From Octopus sinensis (lineage: Eukaryota): DNA of 64,000 bases. Under the pieces are notes generated by a model. The model was not told the origin of the DNA and searched no databases. It saw nothing but the letters and a program-made list of their open reading frames with translations. Position numbers and translations under genes: made by a program. Below, in pieces: positions 1 to 12,741 of the stretch (the first letter of the stretch is position 1; every line of letters begins with the position of its first letter). The stretch is from positions 71,548,001 through 71,612,000 of the forward strand of contig NC_043002.1 in NCBI RefSeq assembly GCF_006345805.1, in the 5' to 3' direction.

Positions 1-20
1 TATTATTATTATTATTATTA

Positions 21-1729
21 TTCTATGTTTGACTTTTGCTTTATATTTGTATAAGTTGGCTCCAAGTCTCACCCAGAGACCTCAAGAGACAACAGGTTGG
101 AAGTTCATGTTGTTGTTATGCCTAGTGTGCCATATATTGGGGGGGGGGGAGTTTTTGTTGTTGTACTAATGAATGTCTAAAATAAAAATTTTTTTTTTTT
201 TTAAACCGAAAATTGTGTTTGTTTTAAAACTTGAGATTACATAGAAAGTATTTTGCGTGGGATATGAGCAGTTCCCATGAGCACTATCTTTTGAATTTCT
301 GCCATTTTCAGCCCCTTTTGCTATCATTACCAGGGCACCTATGACAACAGGTACTGTTTTAGTCTTCAGGTTCCACATTTTGCTGATTTCTATTTCAAGA
401 TCTTTATATTTGCTCAGTTTTTGGTAGGTCTTGACAGATACGTTTATATTGATTGGGACAGTCATATCAATGAGGAGGCATGTTCTTTGTATGAAGTCTT
501 TCAATATGATGTCTGGCCTATTTGAATCTATCTTTCTGTCAGTTTCAATGGTGAAGTTCCAGAGGAGTGAGATGTGGTCATTTTCAAGCACTGGGGATGG
601 TTTGTGTTCCCACAAGTTTTTTTCATGGGCAAATCCAGGTTTTTTCAAATTACCCAGTGAATATATTGTACAGCTCTATCGTGTCTGTTGAGATACTCTC
701 TAGGCGCTAGAAGATGCACTTGGAGACCACATGGTCAATGGTTTCATTTTGTTGCTGGCATACACGACACGTTGGACTGCTTCTGATCTTTAATATGTTG
801 GCCTGGTAGTTTCTTGTTGGTAGGCATTGATCTTGAGCTGCTATGATAAACCCCTCTGTTTCAGATTTTAAGCCAGAGGCCATTAGCCATTGATGGGTCA
901 GGGCTTTGTCAACATCTGCATTATTTGCTCTCTTTGAGTATTTGCCATAGAGAGGTTTTTCTTGCCATTTATCATTCAGAATGTCTAAGGCCGCAGATTT
1001 AGCACGGGTTTTCATGCGCTTAGCTTTTTCTGTGCCTGTTTCTTGTATGTCTATCTCTAATTCCGAAATTGGTTGTATTCAGAATTCACTTAGATATTCC
1101 TTTGCCTGTTTTGTGACTGAGTATGATGCTTTCTTGTTTTCATGTTTTGAGACAAGTTTTAACATCCAGTCCTCAGAGTTTTTCAGGTAGGTGTCTAGGC
1201 CAATTGTAGCAATCTTCATTGTTATTGCCAGTTGTAAAAGTCCACGGCCTCCCTCTTTTCTTGGCAGATAGAGTCGTTCTGTATCTGCCTTAGGGTGGTG
1301 CATTCTATGCATTGTCAACAGTTTTCGTATTTTTCTGTCAAGATTACATATTTCAGTAATTGACCAGTTAACGATATTGAAACTGTAAGTCACAACTGGT
1401 ATGGCTAATGCATTGATCGCTTCGATCCTGTTTCTCGCATTCAGCTCTGTCTTGAGTATTGCTCTTACTCTGCGATAACATTCTCTTCTGATCCTTTCCT
1501 TCATCTCTGAATGCTTTATTCCTTCTCCTTCAATTACCCCTAGATACTTGTAGTTCTCTGCTGGGTCTAATTCTTTTATGACATTCTGCTGGTCAAGGTT
1601 AACGTTAGATGTTTCTGTCATTTTTTCTTTGATAAAGGTAGCTTTTGCACACTTATCGAGGTCAAATTGCATTCTGATGTCATCACTAAATTGTTTGACA
1701 ATCGCTAGTAAGCCCTTGAGTTGTTGGTC
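21..1729 (-). mobile_element. 5'-truncated, decayed R4/Dong-clade non-LTR retrotransposon (RT C-terminus, CCHC knuckle, restriction-like endonuclease, 3'UTR), family 1
   Basis: ORFs 1079-1672 (YKYLG, RLYLPRKEGGRGL), 707-1015 (CRVCQQQNETIDHVVSKC) and 166-648 (RPDII..LIDMTVP..KYKDL). In-frame stop and frameshift between them; (TAA)n on both sides. Confidence 0.92.
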
Positions 1730-1742
1730 ATTATTATTAATA

Positions 1743-1796
<54 letters not shown>

Positions 1797-1819
1797 GATT
1801 TTTATTACTATTATTATTA

Positions 1820-1856
<37 letters not shown>

Positions 1857-1910
1857 TATTATTATATTATTATTATTATTATTATTATATTATTATTATT
1901 ATTATTATTA
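1730..1910. repeat. (TAA)n microsatellite between R4/Dong copies
   Basis: Direct reading. Confidence 0.95.
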
Positions 1911-2322
1911 TTCTATGTTTGACTTTTGCTTTACGTTTGCACAAGCTGGCTCCAAGTCTCACCCAGAGACCTCAAGAGACAACAAGTTGGAAGTTCATGT
2001 TGGTATTATGCCTAGGGTGCCATATATTTGGTTTTGTACTTAGTGTTGTACTAGTGAATGCCTAAAAAACCATACGACAATTATGTTTGTATTAAAACTT
2101 GAGATCACGAAGAAAGTATTTTGCGTAGGATATGAGCAGTTCCCATGAGCACTATGTTTTGAATTTCTGCCATTTTGAGGTTTCCTGGTATCTGAGTTAG
2201 GTAGCAATCAGCCCCTTTTGCTATCATTCCCAGGGCACCTATGACAACAGGTATTGTTTTAGTCTTCAGGTTCCACATTTTGCTGATTTTCTATTTCCAG
2301 ATCTTTATATTTGCTCAGTTTC
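1911..2322 (-). mobile_element. R4/Dong family 1, 3'-end fragment (endonuclease tail + 3'UTR)
   Basis: Near-identical to ~21-420; TAA arrays on both sides. Confidence 0.9.
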
Positions 2323-2342
2323 TATTATTATTATTATTATTA

Positions 2343-2403
<61 letters not shown>

Positions 2404-2411
2404 CATCATTA

Positions 2412-2961
2412 TTGAATGAGTGAGAGAACAGTGCATGCCATCAAAGTGACACTGGGGTAAAATATCCAAAGCCCAGTATACCCATCGTGACTACCCGTCT
2501 GATAAGGGTACACCAGACACATGCATCATAACCGGATGTGCGCGACATGGTGATTTCATATCAAGGTAAATAGCGCATGACCTTGTAGGTGGGGCACAGG
2601 TAGAATTTTCTTCTGGTCGAGTAGCCCATTCCACTCAAATAAGGATTGTTTAAGAATGTTGAACGAACCGCACATGTTTCCAAAGGTGAATTATCCAAAC
2701 CTGCAAGAATTCCTTTTAACACAAGGATATGATGCTCCCCCACTATTTCTGCTCGTGATCAGAGATGCACATATCGTCAGCCAATAAGGGACATGGTCAA
2801 CTGGTTGAGGGCAAACAACTGACAAGCAAATATGTGGTATTGAGCAGATAATTTGCTGTAGCCCATCTTTTATACCAGGACAAAACAATGTACATGATAA
2901 CACTTCCAGTCAGTTAAGATCAGAAGCCACGAGAGCCACTGCCTGGTACTGCATCAGTGGG
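2412..2961 (-). mobile_element. ~550 bp non-coding interspersed repeat ending in (AAT)n, copy 1
   Basis: Reverse complement of 9688-10204; further copies at 24950-25020 and 25548-26205. Confidence 0.8.
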
Positions 2962-3297
2962 AATTTTATTGTTATTATTATTCCTTTTATGCCTGTTGTT
3001 GTTTCGCATACATAGCGGTTGTTATGGTGATGCATGTGCAGTTATTGTAAAATATTCACGTAGTACATTATTTAGCATGTTTCCCTATGTAACTTGATAA
3101 GCAAGGTCATATTTTGACGAACGCGTCAGCAAATCTCTACAATGCTCAATAGTACACTTATCAATCAATTAGATGGCCACGGACATACTCTTTAGCAAGA
3201 ATATTTACCATAATTATATTTTCCATCATCTCTCAATCACCGATTGTCAATAAATGATAAAGCAAATACTGAAGTTTTTTTTTTTTTTATAATGCCA

Positions 3298-3574
3298 CTA
3301 ACAATAATAAATATCATAATCATCGTCATCGTCATCATCATCATCATCGTCATCATCATCATCATCGTAATCATCACTATCCTCCCCTTCCTCCTCATCA
3401 TCAACATCACCATTAACACCGTCGCAATCGTCACAGCCATCATCGTTATAATTATCATCATCGTAAGCACCGCCATCGACACCGTCCGCCTCCCGCTCCT
3501 CCTCCTCATCATCATCGTCATCATCATCATCATTAACACCATCACAATCGTCTGGGTAATCATCATCATCATCG

Positions 3575-3606
<32 letters not shown>

Positions 3607-3902
3607 TTTGTCATCATGATCATCATCGTAATCATTGCCATTGTCCTCCTCCTCGTCATCATCATCATCATTAACACCATCAGAATCGTCACGGTCATCA
3701 TCGTCATCATCATTGACACAATCATTGCTATAGATATCATTTGTTCTTATAGTTATCGCTACCACATCGCTACTTCCTACTACTGCCTTTAATACATCTA
3801 CTATTACTGCTACTACAACAACAATTTCTACCAAAACCACAACTACCACCACAATCATTACTACTACTGCAACTATTACCACTACTACTACTACAGCTAC
3901 TG

Positions 3903-3944
<42 letters not shown>

Positions 3945-3945
3945 A
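3298..3945. repeat. Compound trinucleotide low-complexity tract (ATC/GTC/CTC then TAC)
   Basis: Direct reading; open in several frames only because the repeat lacks stops. Confidence 0.9.
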
Positions 3946-4389
3946 GGTTGCTTCTACAACTACCTATACATCCGGGTAATAAAAGAATTCTGTTGATTTT
4001 TTTTCTATGTTTATTTATTCTGATATCCTTTTTCTTTTCCAATTCCTAATATCAAACTGACATGTTAGTGAGATATCATTACAGCCATGCACTAAATTGC
4101 AGCTCCAATAATACACCAAGGAACTCTGATGCAGACAGATTTCTAGACTAGATTTTATTGATATCTAGCATCGTATTGACAGAGGTCTAGTATTACTGGC
4201 ATGTTATTTTAATGTGTTATCTATCGATATGTAATGTTAAGACAAATGCAAATAGTGAGATAGATACATACTTACGCATCTACATACATGCATAGACGCA
4301 CACATTACATAGTTGCTTGTATACATCATACATACAAGTACAAACATGTATACATACATAAATACATACATATAGGTATACATGCATGA

Positions 4390-4624
4390 GTATCTATCTA
4401 TCTATATATATATATATATCCACACACATATATATATATATATAGGTATATACATATATATAGGTATATATATATATGTGTATATATATAAATATATATA
4501 TGTATGTATGTATTACATTTATATATATATATGTGTGTGTGCGTGTGTCTGTGTGTCTGTGTGTATATATATATATATATATATATCCACACACATATAT
4601 ATAGCTATGTACCATATATATAGG

Positions 4625-4655
<31 letters not shown>

Positions 4656-4697
4656 ATGTATGTATTATATTTATATATATTTATGTGTGTGTGCGTT

Positions 4698-4760
<63 letters not shown>

Positions 4761-4782
4761 ATATATACACACACACACACAT
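4390..4782. repeat. (TA)n/(TG)n compound microsatellite
   Basis: Direct reading. Confidence 0.95.
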
Positions 4783-5058
4783 ACAACTTTACGTAAAATC
4801 GTATATGAATAGACGCCTACAGGCTAATACTCAAAAATAGACAAATTATAAATGAATTCTGTTTGTATTTTTTTGTTTCAAATGTTATCATTACACACGT
4901 TGGTCTCCAGCCATGAAACAAGAATCGTTAGACAATACACACAAATAGTATCATGTGCTGTACTTTAAGAAACGTTGAATAATGGTCTTCTTACGTTCAT
5001 ATATGTGTACATGTCTGTGTTATATATGTGTATGCGTGTTTTGTTTCGATTAATTTCT

Positions 5059-5457
5059 AGGCGTAAGTGTGGCTGTGTGGTAAGTAGCTTGCTTACCGAC
5101 CACACAGTTCAGGGTTCAGTCCCACTACCTGGAACCTTGGGCAAGTGTCTTATACTATAGCCTCGGGCCGACCAAAGCCTTGTGAGTGGATTTGGTTGAC
5201 GGAAACTGAAAGAAGCCCGTCGTATATATGTATATATATGTATGTGTGTGTATATGTTTTTGTAACTGTGTATATCCCCCCAACATCGCTTGACAACCGA
5301 TGCTGGTGTGTTTACATCCCCGTAACTTAGCGATTCGGCAACACAGACCGATAGAATAAGTACTAGCCTTACAAAGAATAAGTCCTGGGGTCTATTTGCT
5401 CGACTAAAGGTGGTGCTCCAGCACGGCACAGTCAAATGACTGAAACAAGTAAAAGAG
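5059..5457 (+). mobile_element. tRNA-derived SINE family A
   Basis: Head TGGCTGTGTGGTAAG (A box) and GGGTTCAGTCCC (B box), internal TA/TG tract, tail ...GAAACAAGTAAAAGAG; about nine further copies or fragments in the window. Confidence 0.88.
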
Positions 5458-5706
5458 AATTTTTACGAAGGATTTGAAGGGTTCCGTTCATTTACTGAAT
5501 ACGAAGAGTGTAAATTACACGTGTTCCATATCTGGCTTTTTTGAAGCTGAAGCCTTAGACTTTTAATCACGAAGCTACGTGCACCACAAATTGCTTTTGA
5601 AAATATATAATCCAGTTTAGCACGTCCAAATTCCTCGTTATTTGTCGATTATTGTTTATAGATGCCTTGGTTTTCATTTATTTCCAAAGTAACATCGACT
5701 TAAGCT

Positions 5707-5914
5707 AAGGCGGCGAGAAACGTTAGCACGCCAGACGAAATGCTTAGCGTTATTTCGTCTGCCGTTACGTTCTGAATTCAAATTCCGCCGAGGTGACTTT
5801 GCCTTTCATCCTTTTGGGGTCGATAAATTAAGTAAAATTTGCGTACTAGAGTCGATGTAATCGACTGGCGCATTCTCCAAAAATTTCGGTTGTTGTGCCT
5901 AGAATAGAAAAGAA
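5707..5914 (+). mobile_element. tRNA-derived SINE family B
   Basis: AAGGCGGCGAG...GAATTCAAATTCCGCCGAGG...GGGGTCGATAAATTAAGTA; multicopy. Confidence 0.82.
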
Positions 5915-6876
5915 TATTTATTTAAGCTGCGGCCGTACTAATGCACCGGCGTTAACATTATACATTTGTATTCTTTATCTTTTCTTTGCTACTAATTTCA
6001 GTGATGGAGCATCGCTTTGAAAGGGTACAGTTAAACAAATCGACATAAGTATATATTTTTTTAGGCCTGGTACTTATTATCTCGTTCTCTTTTACTGAAC
6101 AGCGAAGGGTTTCGAAATCTGTCGGACGGGTGATATTCATCCACTGAATACTAATGTATTTGAGGTCACCAGTGTCGATTCTACAGCATGGCATCTTAAA
6201 CTAGGAATTATGACGCAAGTTAAGTGCTTGAAACTAAGTGACGAAAACTGAATAAGGTTTTGTATGTAATTTATCGGATTATCGCATTAATCTTATCTCA
6301 CTCTCTGAGTGATGCCGATTCCGCCAGAGATTTACGTAAAGGATACACATGTCTGTGGAATATTTAGCAACTTTCGGGCTAATTTAAAGAGTAGGTCGTT
6401 CAATTTACTGAACCACTGATTTCTAATTGTTGATATCGACAGACATCTATTTTATGGTCTCTTTTAATTGCTATAGTCTGTAAATGCAACATATGTTTGG
6501 GTTGACAGTTCACTGGCAGTCGCAATCCTTAACAGTCGCGTTCACTGCTACTGAGGCAAGTGATGACCAATCGATAAAATTGTCCAGTAATTCCACTGCA
6601 TATCGTGCAAGCTGCAACTATACAAGACGTGTTGCTGGTGCTGTTGTTGCTGAGAACTGATCGATCAGATCTAAGATCAAAGACCTTTCCGCACGGAATT
6701 GTCCTGTCATTCCATTAAAGACATATTGTAGCCACAAGCACATTGTCAACTGTGTATTGTTCGATTAATTTGAAGCTAAGAAATTATATTTCTAGTTATA
6801 TTTAGTTATTACTTTCAGCAGATCAAGCCTTCTTATTGAAGTCCTAACACAAATTATTAATATGATGGACGGTATT

Positions 6877-7292
6877 AAGGCGGTGAGCAGGCGGAAATGT
6901 TACCGCACCGGACGAAATGCTTAGCGGCACTTAGTCCGTCTTTACGTTCTGAGTTCAAATTCCGCCAAGGTCGACTTTGTTTTCATCCTTTCGGGGTCGA
7001 TAATGGTCAAAGCCGATCTGGAACCCAACCTAGGACTCTATATCTACAGCGTTCGCCGCTGGAATAAGGAGTGGTTGGAGATCACGCGGTCGTTAGCCTC
7101 AAATCGCCAGGCTTGGTCGGCGATTGTGAGAGATGCAGCATTGAGGATGAATGAAACCAGCTCAACCCACCCTAGGTGAATGCTGTAAGAAGAAGAAGAA
7201 GAAGAAGGTCGATAAAATAAGAACCAGTTAAGCACTGCATACTCGACTTACTACCTACCCTGAAACTACTGGCCTTGTACCAAAACTTGAAA
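6877..7292 (+). mobile_element. SINE family B interrupted by an RTE insertion
   Basis: Family B sequence resumes after 7206. Confidence 0.8.
7004..7206 (+). mobile_element. RTE-clade LINE 3' end with (GAA)n tail and 9-bp TSD
   Basis: Translates VKADLEPNLG...WNKEWLEITRSLASNRQAWSAIVRD (RTE C-terminal pattern); TSD GGTCGATAA at 6995-7003 and 7207-7215. Confidence 0.8.
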
Positions 7293-7488
7293 CGGATATG
7301 GTAGACGATAATTTTGCAGCAGTTTTTATAGTTGTAAATTTTCTTGTTCTCGCTCTTATACTTGTTCTTGCTGCGGATGCTTTTCCGTTGGTAGTGATGA
7401 ATTCGAGTGGTGGAGGAATAGGAGGAGTAAGAGGATGAGGTGGAATAGGAGGAGGAGGATATCGTCATTATTTATCCCCAGTGCAAAT

Positions 7489-7889
7489 GCGGCGAGCTGG
7501 CAGAAGCGTTAGCACGCCGAGCGAAATGTTTAGCAGTATTTCGTCTGCCGTTAGGTTCCGAGTTCAAATTCCGCCGAGGACGACTTTGCCTTTCATCCTT
7601 TTGGGGTCGGTAAATTAAGTACCAGTTACGCACTGGTGTCGATGTAATCGACTTAATCCATTTGTCTGTCCTAGTTTGTCCTCTATGTGTTTAGCCCCTT
7701 GTGAGTAGTAAAGAAATAGGCATTTCGTCTGCCGGTATGTTCTGAGTCGAAATTCCATCGAGGTCGACTTTACCTTTTATACTTTCGGGGTCAATAAATT
7801 AAGTACAAGTGAAACACAGGGTTAGGGATGTAATCGATTATCTCCCTCACCATGTTTCAAGCCCTGTGGATATAGTAGAAAGGATTATT
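7489..7889 (+). mobile_element. SINE family B dimer
   Basis: Full unit followed by a 5'-shortened unit starting GCATTTCGTCTGCC at ~7720. Confidence 0.82.
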
Positions 7890-8256
7890 TATCCCCAGAC
7901 CCTATTGAGTGGACATATAAGACTTTGGTCGTCGATTGAAAACTTAAATGCCGTCTATACATGTGTTGATTAGCGTGCACCCTGCTATTATTTGTTGTAT
8001 CATAACGCACTTTTGAAACCTCACATTAACTCGCAAAACGAATGAATTAAATGCGTCTAAATTTTCCGCGATGAACAAACTAAAATAATGTAATTATACT
8101 GTAACCAAATTTACACAGTTACAGGTAAAGTAACGATTTTTACTCAAGAACACACCAAACCAGGGGTCTATTCACATAGCCATGTGCCTTGGGACTGACT
8201 GAGAGTTAGTCTTATGCTTGTGTCTATGCTTCATTGTATGAGCGTATATATAGATT

Positions 8257-8664
8257 CTCTTTTACCCTTTTACTTGTTTCAGGCATTTGACTATGGCCAT
8301 GCTGGAGTACCGCCTTTAGTCGAGCAAATCGACCCCAGGACTCATTCGTTGTAAGCCTAGTACTTATTCCATCGGTCTCTTTTGCTGAACCGCTATGTTA
8401 CGGGGACGTAAACACACCAGCATCGGTTGTCAAGCGATGTGGGGGGGGGCAAACACAGACACACACATACACACGCATACATATATACATATATATATAT
8501 ATATGTACATATATACGATGGGATTCTTTCAGTTTCCGTCTACCAAATCTACTCGCAAGGCTTTTGTCGGACCGAGGCTTTGGTAGAAGTCACTTGCCCA
8601 AAGTGCCACGCAGTGGAAGTGAACTCGGAACCATGTGGTTCGTTAGCAAGCCACTCCTTCGCTT
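8257..8664 (-). mobile_element. SINE family A
   Basis: Reverse complement of 5059-5457. Confidence 0.85.
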
Positions 8665-9314
8665 ACGAGAAAAGGGAAGGGTGAGGGCAAATAAAGAGCA
8701 TGTGTGTTTGTCTGTGTGAGCGTGTGTGCGTGTGTGTGCGCGCATGCGCTTATGCATTTGTGCGCGTGCGGTGTGTGTGTGTGGTTATGTGTATGCACTC
8801 GCGTGTTTGTCTGTACGTGTTTTGTGTGTCTGAATGTGCTGGCACTGGCCATCCGTGATCCCTTTAATAGTTCGACCTTGTTCAATGACAATCGCCTCAG
8901 ATCCGCTGGGATTTCCTTGTTATCCCTTAAAGATACACGAGTGTAATTTTGTTTTATCTGGGGAGGGGCGAAAGTATGGAGAACAGGGTATGTGTGTGTG
9001 TTTGAATACGATTGCGTGTCTGTGTGTGTATGCGTGTGCATGTATGTGTGTGTGTGTGCGTGTGTGTGATCTAGTGTGCGTGTTTGTGTGGTTCAGTCGG
9101 TACTGTGAGTGAGTGTATATGTTCCTATGAGTATGTGAATACGCGAGTGTTTACTAGTGTGTGCATTCCAGTGGTTATGTGTGCGTGTGTTATGCATATT
9201 TTCTAATCATTATAAACAATGTCTTATTTATGATAAAAGTCTCACGTGTCGTTACTTACATTATTTACATTATTTACATTTGACGGATATTTGTCCTCAT
9301 CTTGTTTGTTATTA

Positions 9315-9358
9315 ACACAACGTTTCGGGCCATATACCCTCCAGCCTTCATCAGGTGT
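9315..9358 (-). ncRNA. Minimal type I hammerhead ribozyme motif (PLE-type)
   Basis: Minus strand reads ACAC-CTGATGA-AGGCTGGAGGGTATATGGCCC-GAAAC-GTT-GTGT; stem I ACAC/GTGT, intact core, stem II partly mutated. Confidence 0.7.
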
Positions 9359-9413
9359 GTTGAATATGAGTGTGTAAGTGTATGTGTGTGTGTGTGTGCG
9401 TGTGTACACCCAC

Positions 9414-9488
9414 GGGCATATGGTGTAGTGATTAAGAGCGCGGGCTATTAACCCCAAGCTTCCGAGTTCGATTCCAAGCAGTGACCTG
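9414..9488 (+). promoter_or_regulatory. tRNA-like module with Pol III A and B boxes (not a functional tRNA)
   Basis: A box TGGTGTAGTGA 9421-9431; anticodon-like arm GGGCTATTAACCC; B box GAGTTCGATTCC 9464-9475. Confidence 0.65.
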
Positions 9489-9599
9489 AATAATAATTAA
9501 AAAAAAATTTTTTAAATAATAATAATAATAATAACAACAACAACAACGACAATGACAACGACAACGATAACGATAACGATAACGATGATAATGATAATG

Positions 9600-9687
<88 letters not shown>

Positions 9688-9688
<1 letters not shown>

Positions 9689-10204
9689 TGATCTTAACTG
9701 ATTCGAAGTGTTATCATGTACATTGTTTGTCTTGGTATAAAAGATGGGCTACAGCAAATATTCTGCTCAATACCACAGATTTGCTTGTCAGTTGTTTGAC
9801 CTTAACCAGTTGAGCATGTCCCTTAGTGGCTGACGATATGTGCATCTCTGATCACGAGCAGAAGTAGTGGGGGAGCATCATAGCCATGTGTTGAGAAGGA
9901 TTCTTTGGGGTTTGAATAATTCACCTCTGGAAACATGGGTGTTTCGTTCAACGTCCTTAAACAACCCTTATTCAGGGACCTTTTGAGCGGGATGGGCTAC
10001 TCGATCTGAGGAAAATTCTAACTGGGCTCCACCTGCAAGATCATGTGCTGTTTATCTTGATATGAGATCACCATGTCGCGCACATATGGTTGTGATGCAT
10101 GTGCCTGGTGTACCCTTATCAGACGGGTAGTCATGATGGGTATACTGGGCTTCGTATATTTTACCCCAGTGTCACTTTGATGGCATGCTCTGCTCGCTCA
10201 CTCA
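9688..10204 (+). mobile_element. ~520 bp TAA-flanked non-coding repeat, copy 2, nested in the AAT array of the PLE-like element
   Basis: Homologous to 2412-2961; AAT repeats on both sides. Confidence 0.8.
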
Positions 10205-10297
10205 ATAATAATAATAACAATGATGATGATGATGATAATAATAATAACATCGAAAAATACCTTAGGAATGAGAACCCAAGTTCAAAATTTCCCGAAG

Positions 10298-10341
10298 ACA
10301 CCTGATTAAGGTTGGAGGGTATATCAGCCGAAACGTTGTGT
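10298..10341 (+). ncRNA. Minimal hammerhead motif, core mutated (CTGATTA)
   Basis: ACAC-CTGATTA-A-GGTTG-GAGGGTATAT-CAGCC-GAAAC-GTT-GTGT. Confidence 0.6.
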
Positions 10342-11830
10342 TTACAACAAACAAGATGAGGACAAATATCCATCAAATGTAAATAATATAAATAATGTAC
10401 ATAATTCCTCGTCCCACGTGTCTGTCGTAACGATGGTCTCTCGAGTGTTTTGACAAGATTTTGACTCTAATCCGATTCAGTATACCATTATGTTGATCTT
10501 CGGCATGCTGTTAGAGAATAGATAACTGTTTTCTCTCATTATGTTCCCATCGGTGCTTGTTTAATCTCTCAACGAAACCTCTACAACTCTCCCCAATGTA
10601 CGCAGTTTCCCAGTTTTTACCATCATCTTCCATGCATTTTATGCGGCAAGTTACATTCCTTGTCTTTCAATAAATAGCAAGCTTAAAAGTACATATATCG
10701 AAGTTCCTATCAGTGAATGTGTTCTTTTTGAAGGGTTATGTCTTACATAACTGTGATCTGATGGATCACCCTGGTTTATCCATGAGTCTAATGTTGAGCT
10801 TAGCGTTTTTCAGAGCCTTTTTATCCTGCGGGCTAAGTCCCGATATGGCGCAGCCGCAACAAAATTCAACTCTTGAAATTCATCTGTCTCGCGCCACGTG
10901 TTTATTCTGCTTGCTAGATCACAAACTCTTTGAAGTTTGTTCCAATTTTGCCCCGGTATCTAGGGCGGGTCCCACTTACTTATGATTTTATCTAACTTCT
11001 TTCTAGTCTTTCTGTACACTCTGGCACTATCCCCCTGGTTTTATCCATAGACCTGCATGCGGCGGTGCATAAACTGCTGCGTATGTCCCTTTATTTACAC
11101 GATGAATACGTTATTCATTATCAACGGATCATAACTCAATGCTCTGTAAGTATTTAACTTCATATTGTATGTAAAAACCGAGTTCTAATGAATAGCATAT
11201 TTAGAACGTATGAGCTTCATATAATACAACTGGAGGATTATACATACAATTGTCATACGTATGTATCTTATGAGTGCATGGCTCCATGCATGTTGGGATT
11301 TAGATATTTCGATATTTTAACAATACGAAATGAACAATATACATTGATGCTGACAGAATACATTTAACACTGAGTATTTGTATTTGGAAACATCCTGTAT
11401 TTCAATGAACGTGGGTTGTTCAGAATCGAATCCAAAAGAAGTCTTAATCAATTTCATTAGCTGACATAAATCGTTTACACTGCAAACGTTGGTAAAATGA
11501 CTCATCTGCCATAGTAACTCTTCTTCCTTTTCTTTATCCTTTCCGGCAAATAATAGATTCCAAGCAGAAGTAACGTGTTGTCCTTGAGTTCGACATCACT
11601 GAACGCTACAGGGGGTTTACGGAGATGACATCATTCACAAGTGCAATGTGTACAGTTTAAAGAAGTTTAAAGAGCAAACTGGCATTGAAAACAAACCACG
11701 CAATGGGAGACAGCCAGCTGCGGCCATTGCCAAATTCGTGCGAACAAACAAATTGTAATCCCTACAGCTGGAATGCTGTTACGATGCATCACAGAAGATG
11801 GTGAAAGACTGACTATCGGAAAATGTGATA

Positions 11831-12291
<461 letters not shown>

Positions 12292-12741
12292 AATATTATG
12301 ACACATATGGGGTGAAAGTTGGTAAGAAGAATTGAATATAGAATGCACAACTGAATTTCTCAAAGAGGATTCGAAAGCCGTGTTCAGCGATATCGTAAAC
12401 GCATTGTGACATAGGTAACATTGAATAAAACATTTAATGTTGTTTTACTTCTATCTACCGATAGAATTATTAAACCAAATAGTAATTCACAATGGCAGTG
12501 AGAGTTTTTATTTACTGTTTCGTATATGGGAAACAACAAATCTTGTCTCGGCACGTGGCTAGCAGCTGATACACGCCACTGACAAGCCTCAATTTGTCCG
12601 CAATGCATCTGGTATCTTCACTACCCGTTACTGAGATCTTTCACTTCCCACAACATTCTATACTGGAGAATTAAGGCAGTATGTTGTCTTTGAGAAACCT
12701 ATATACATCACGTATGATAAATTCGTGGCTATATTATTTTT

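Larger units (their letters stand above)
9252..10410 (+). mobile_element. Penelope-like non-autonomous element end: inverted tail copy, tRNA-like module, AAT array (with nested insertion) and hammerhead-bearing tail
   Basis: 9252-9358 is the reverse complement of 10298-10400; the same module at 26400-26680 follows a GIY-YIG-like ORF tail. Confidence 0.72.

Noticed and set aside
3237-3882. Asp-rich, Met-rich and Ile-rich ORFs (could suggest an acidic matrix protein)
   Set aside because: Open on both strands only because of trinucleotide repeats; no splice or domain evidence
9414-9488. Functional tRNA gene
   Set aside because: No proper acceptor stem or T-run terminator; embedded in a multicopy element. 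The same applies to the SINE heads.
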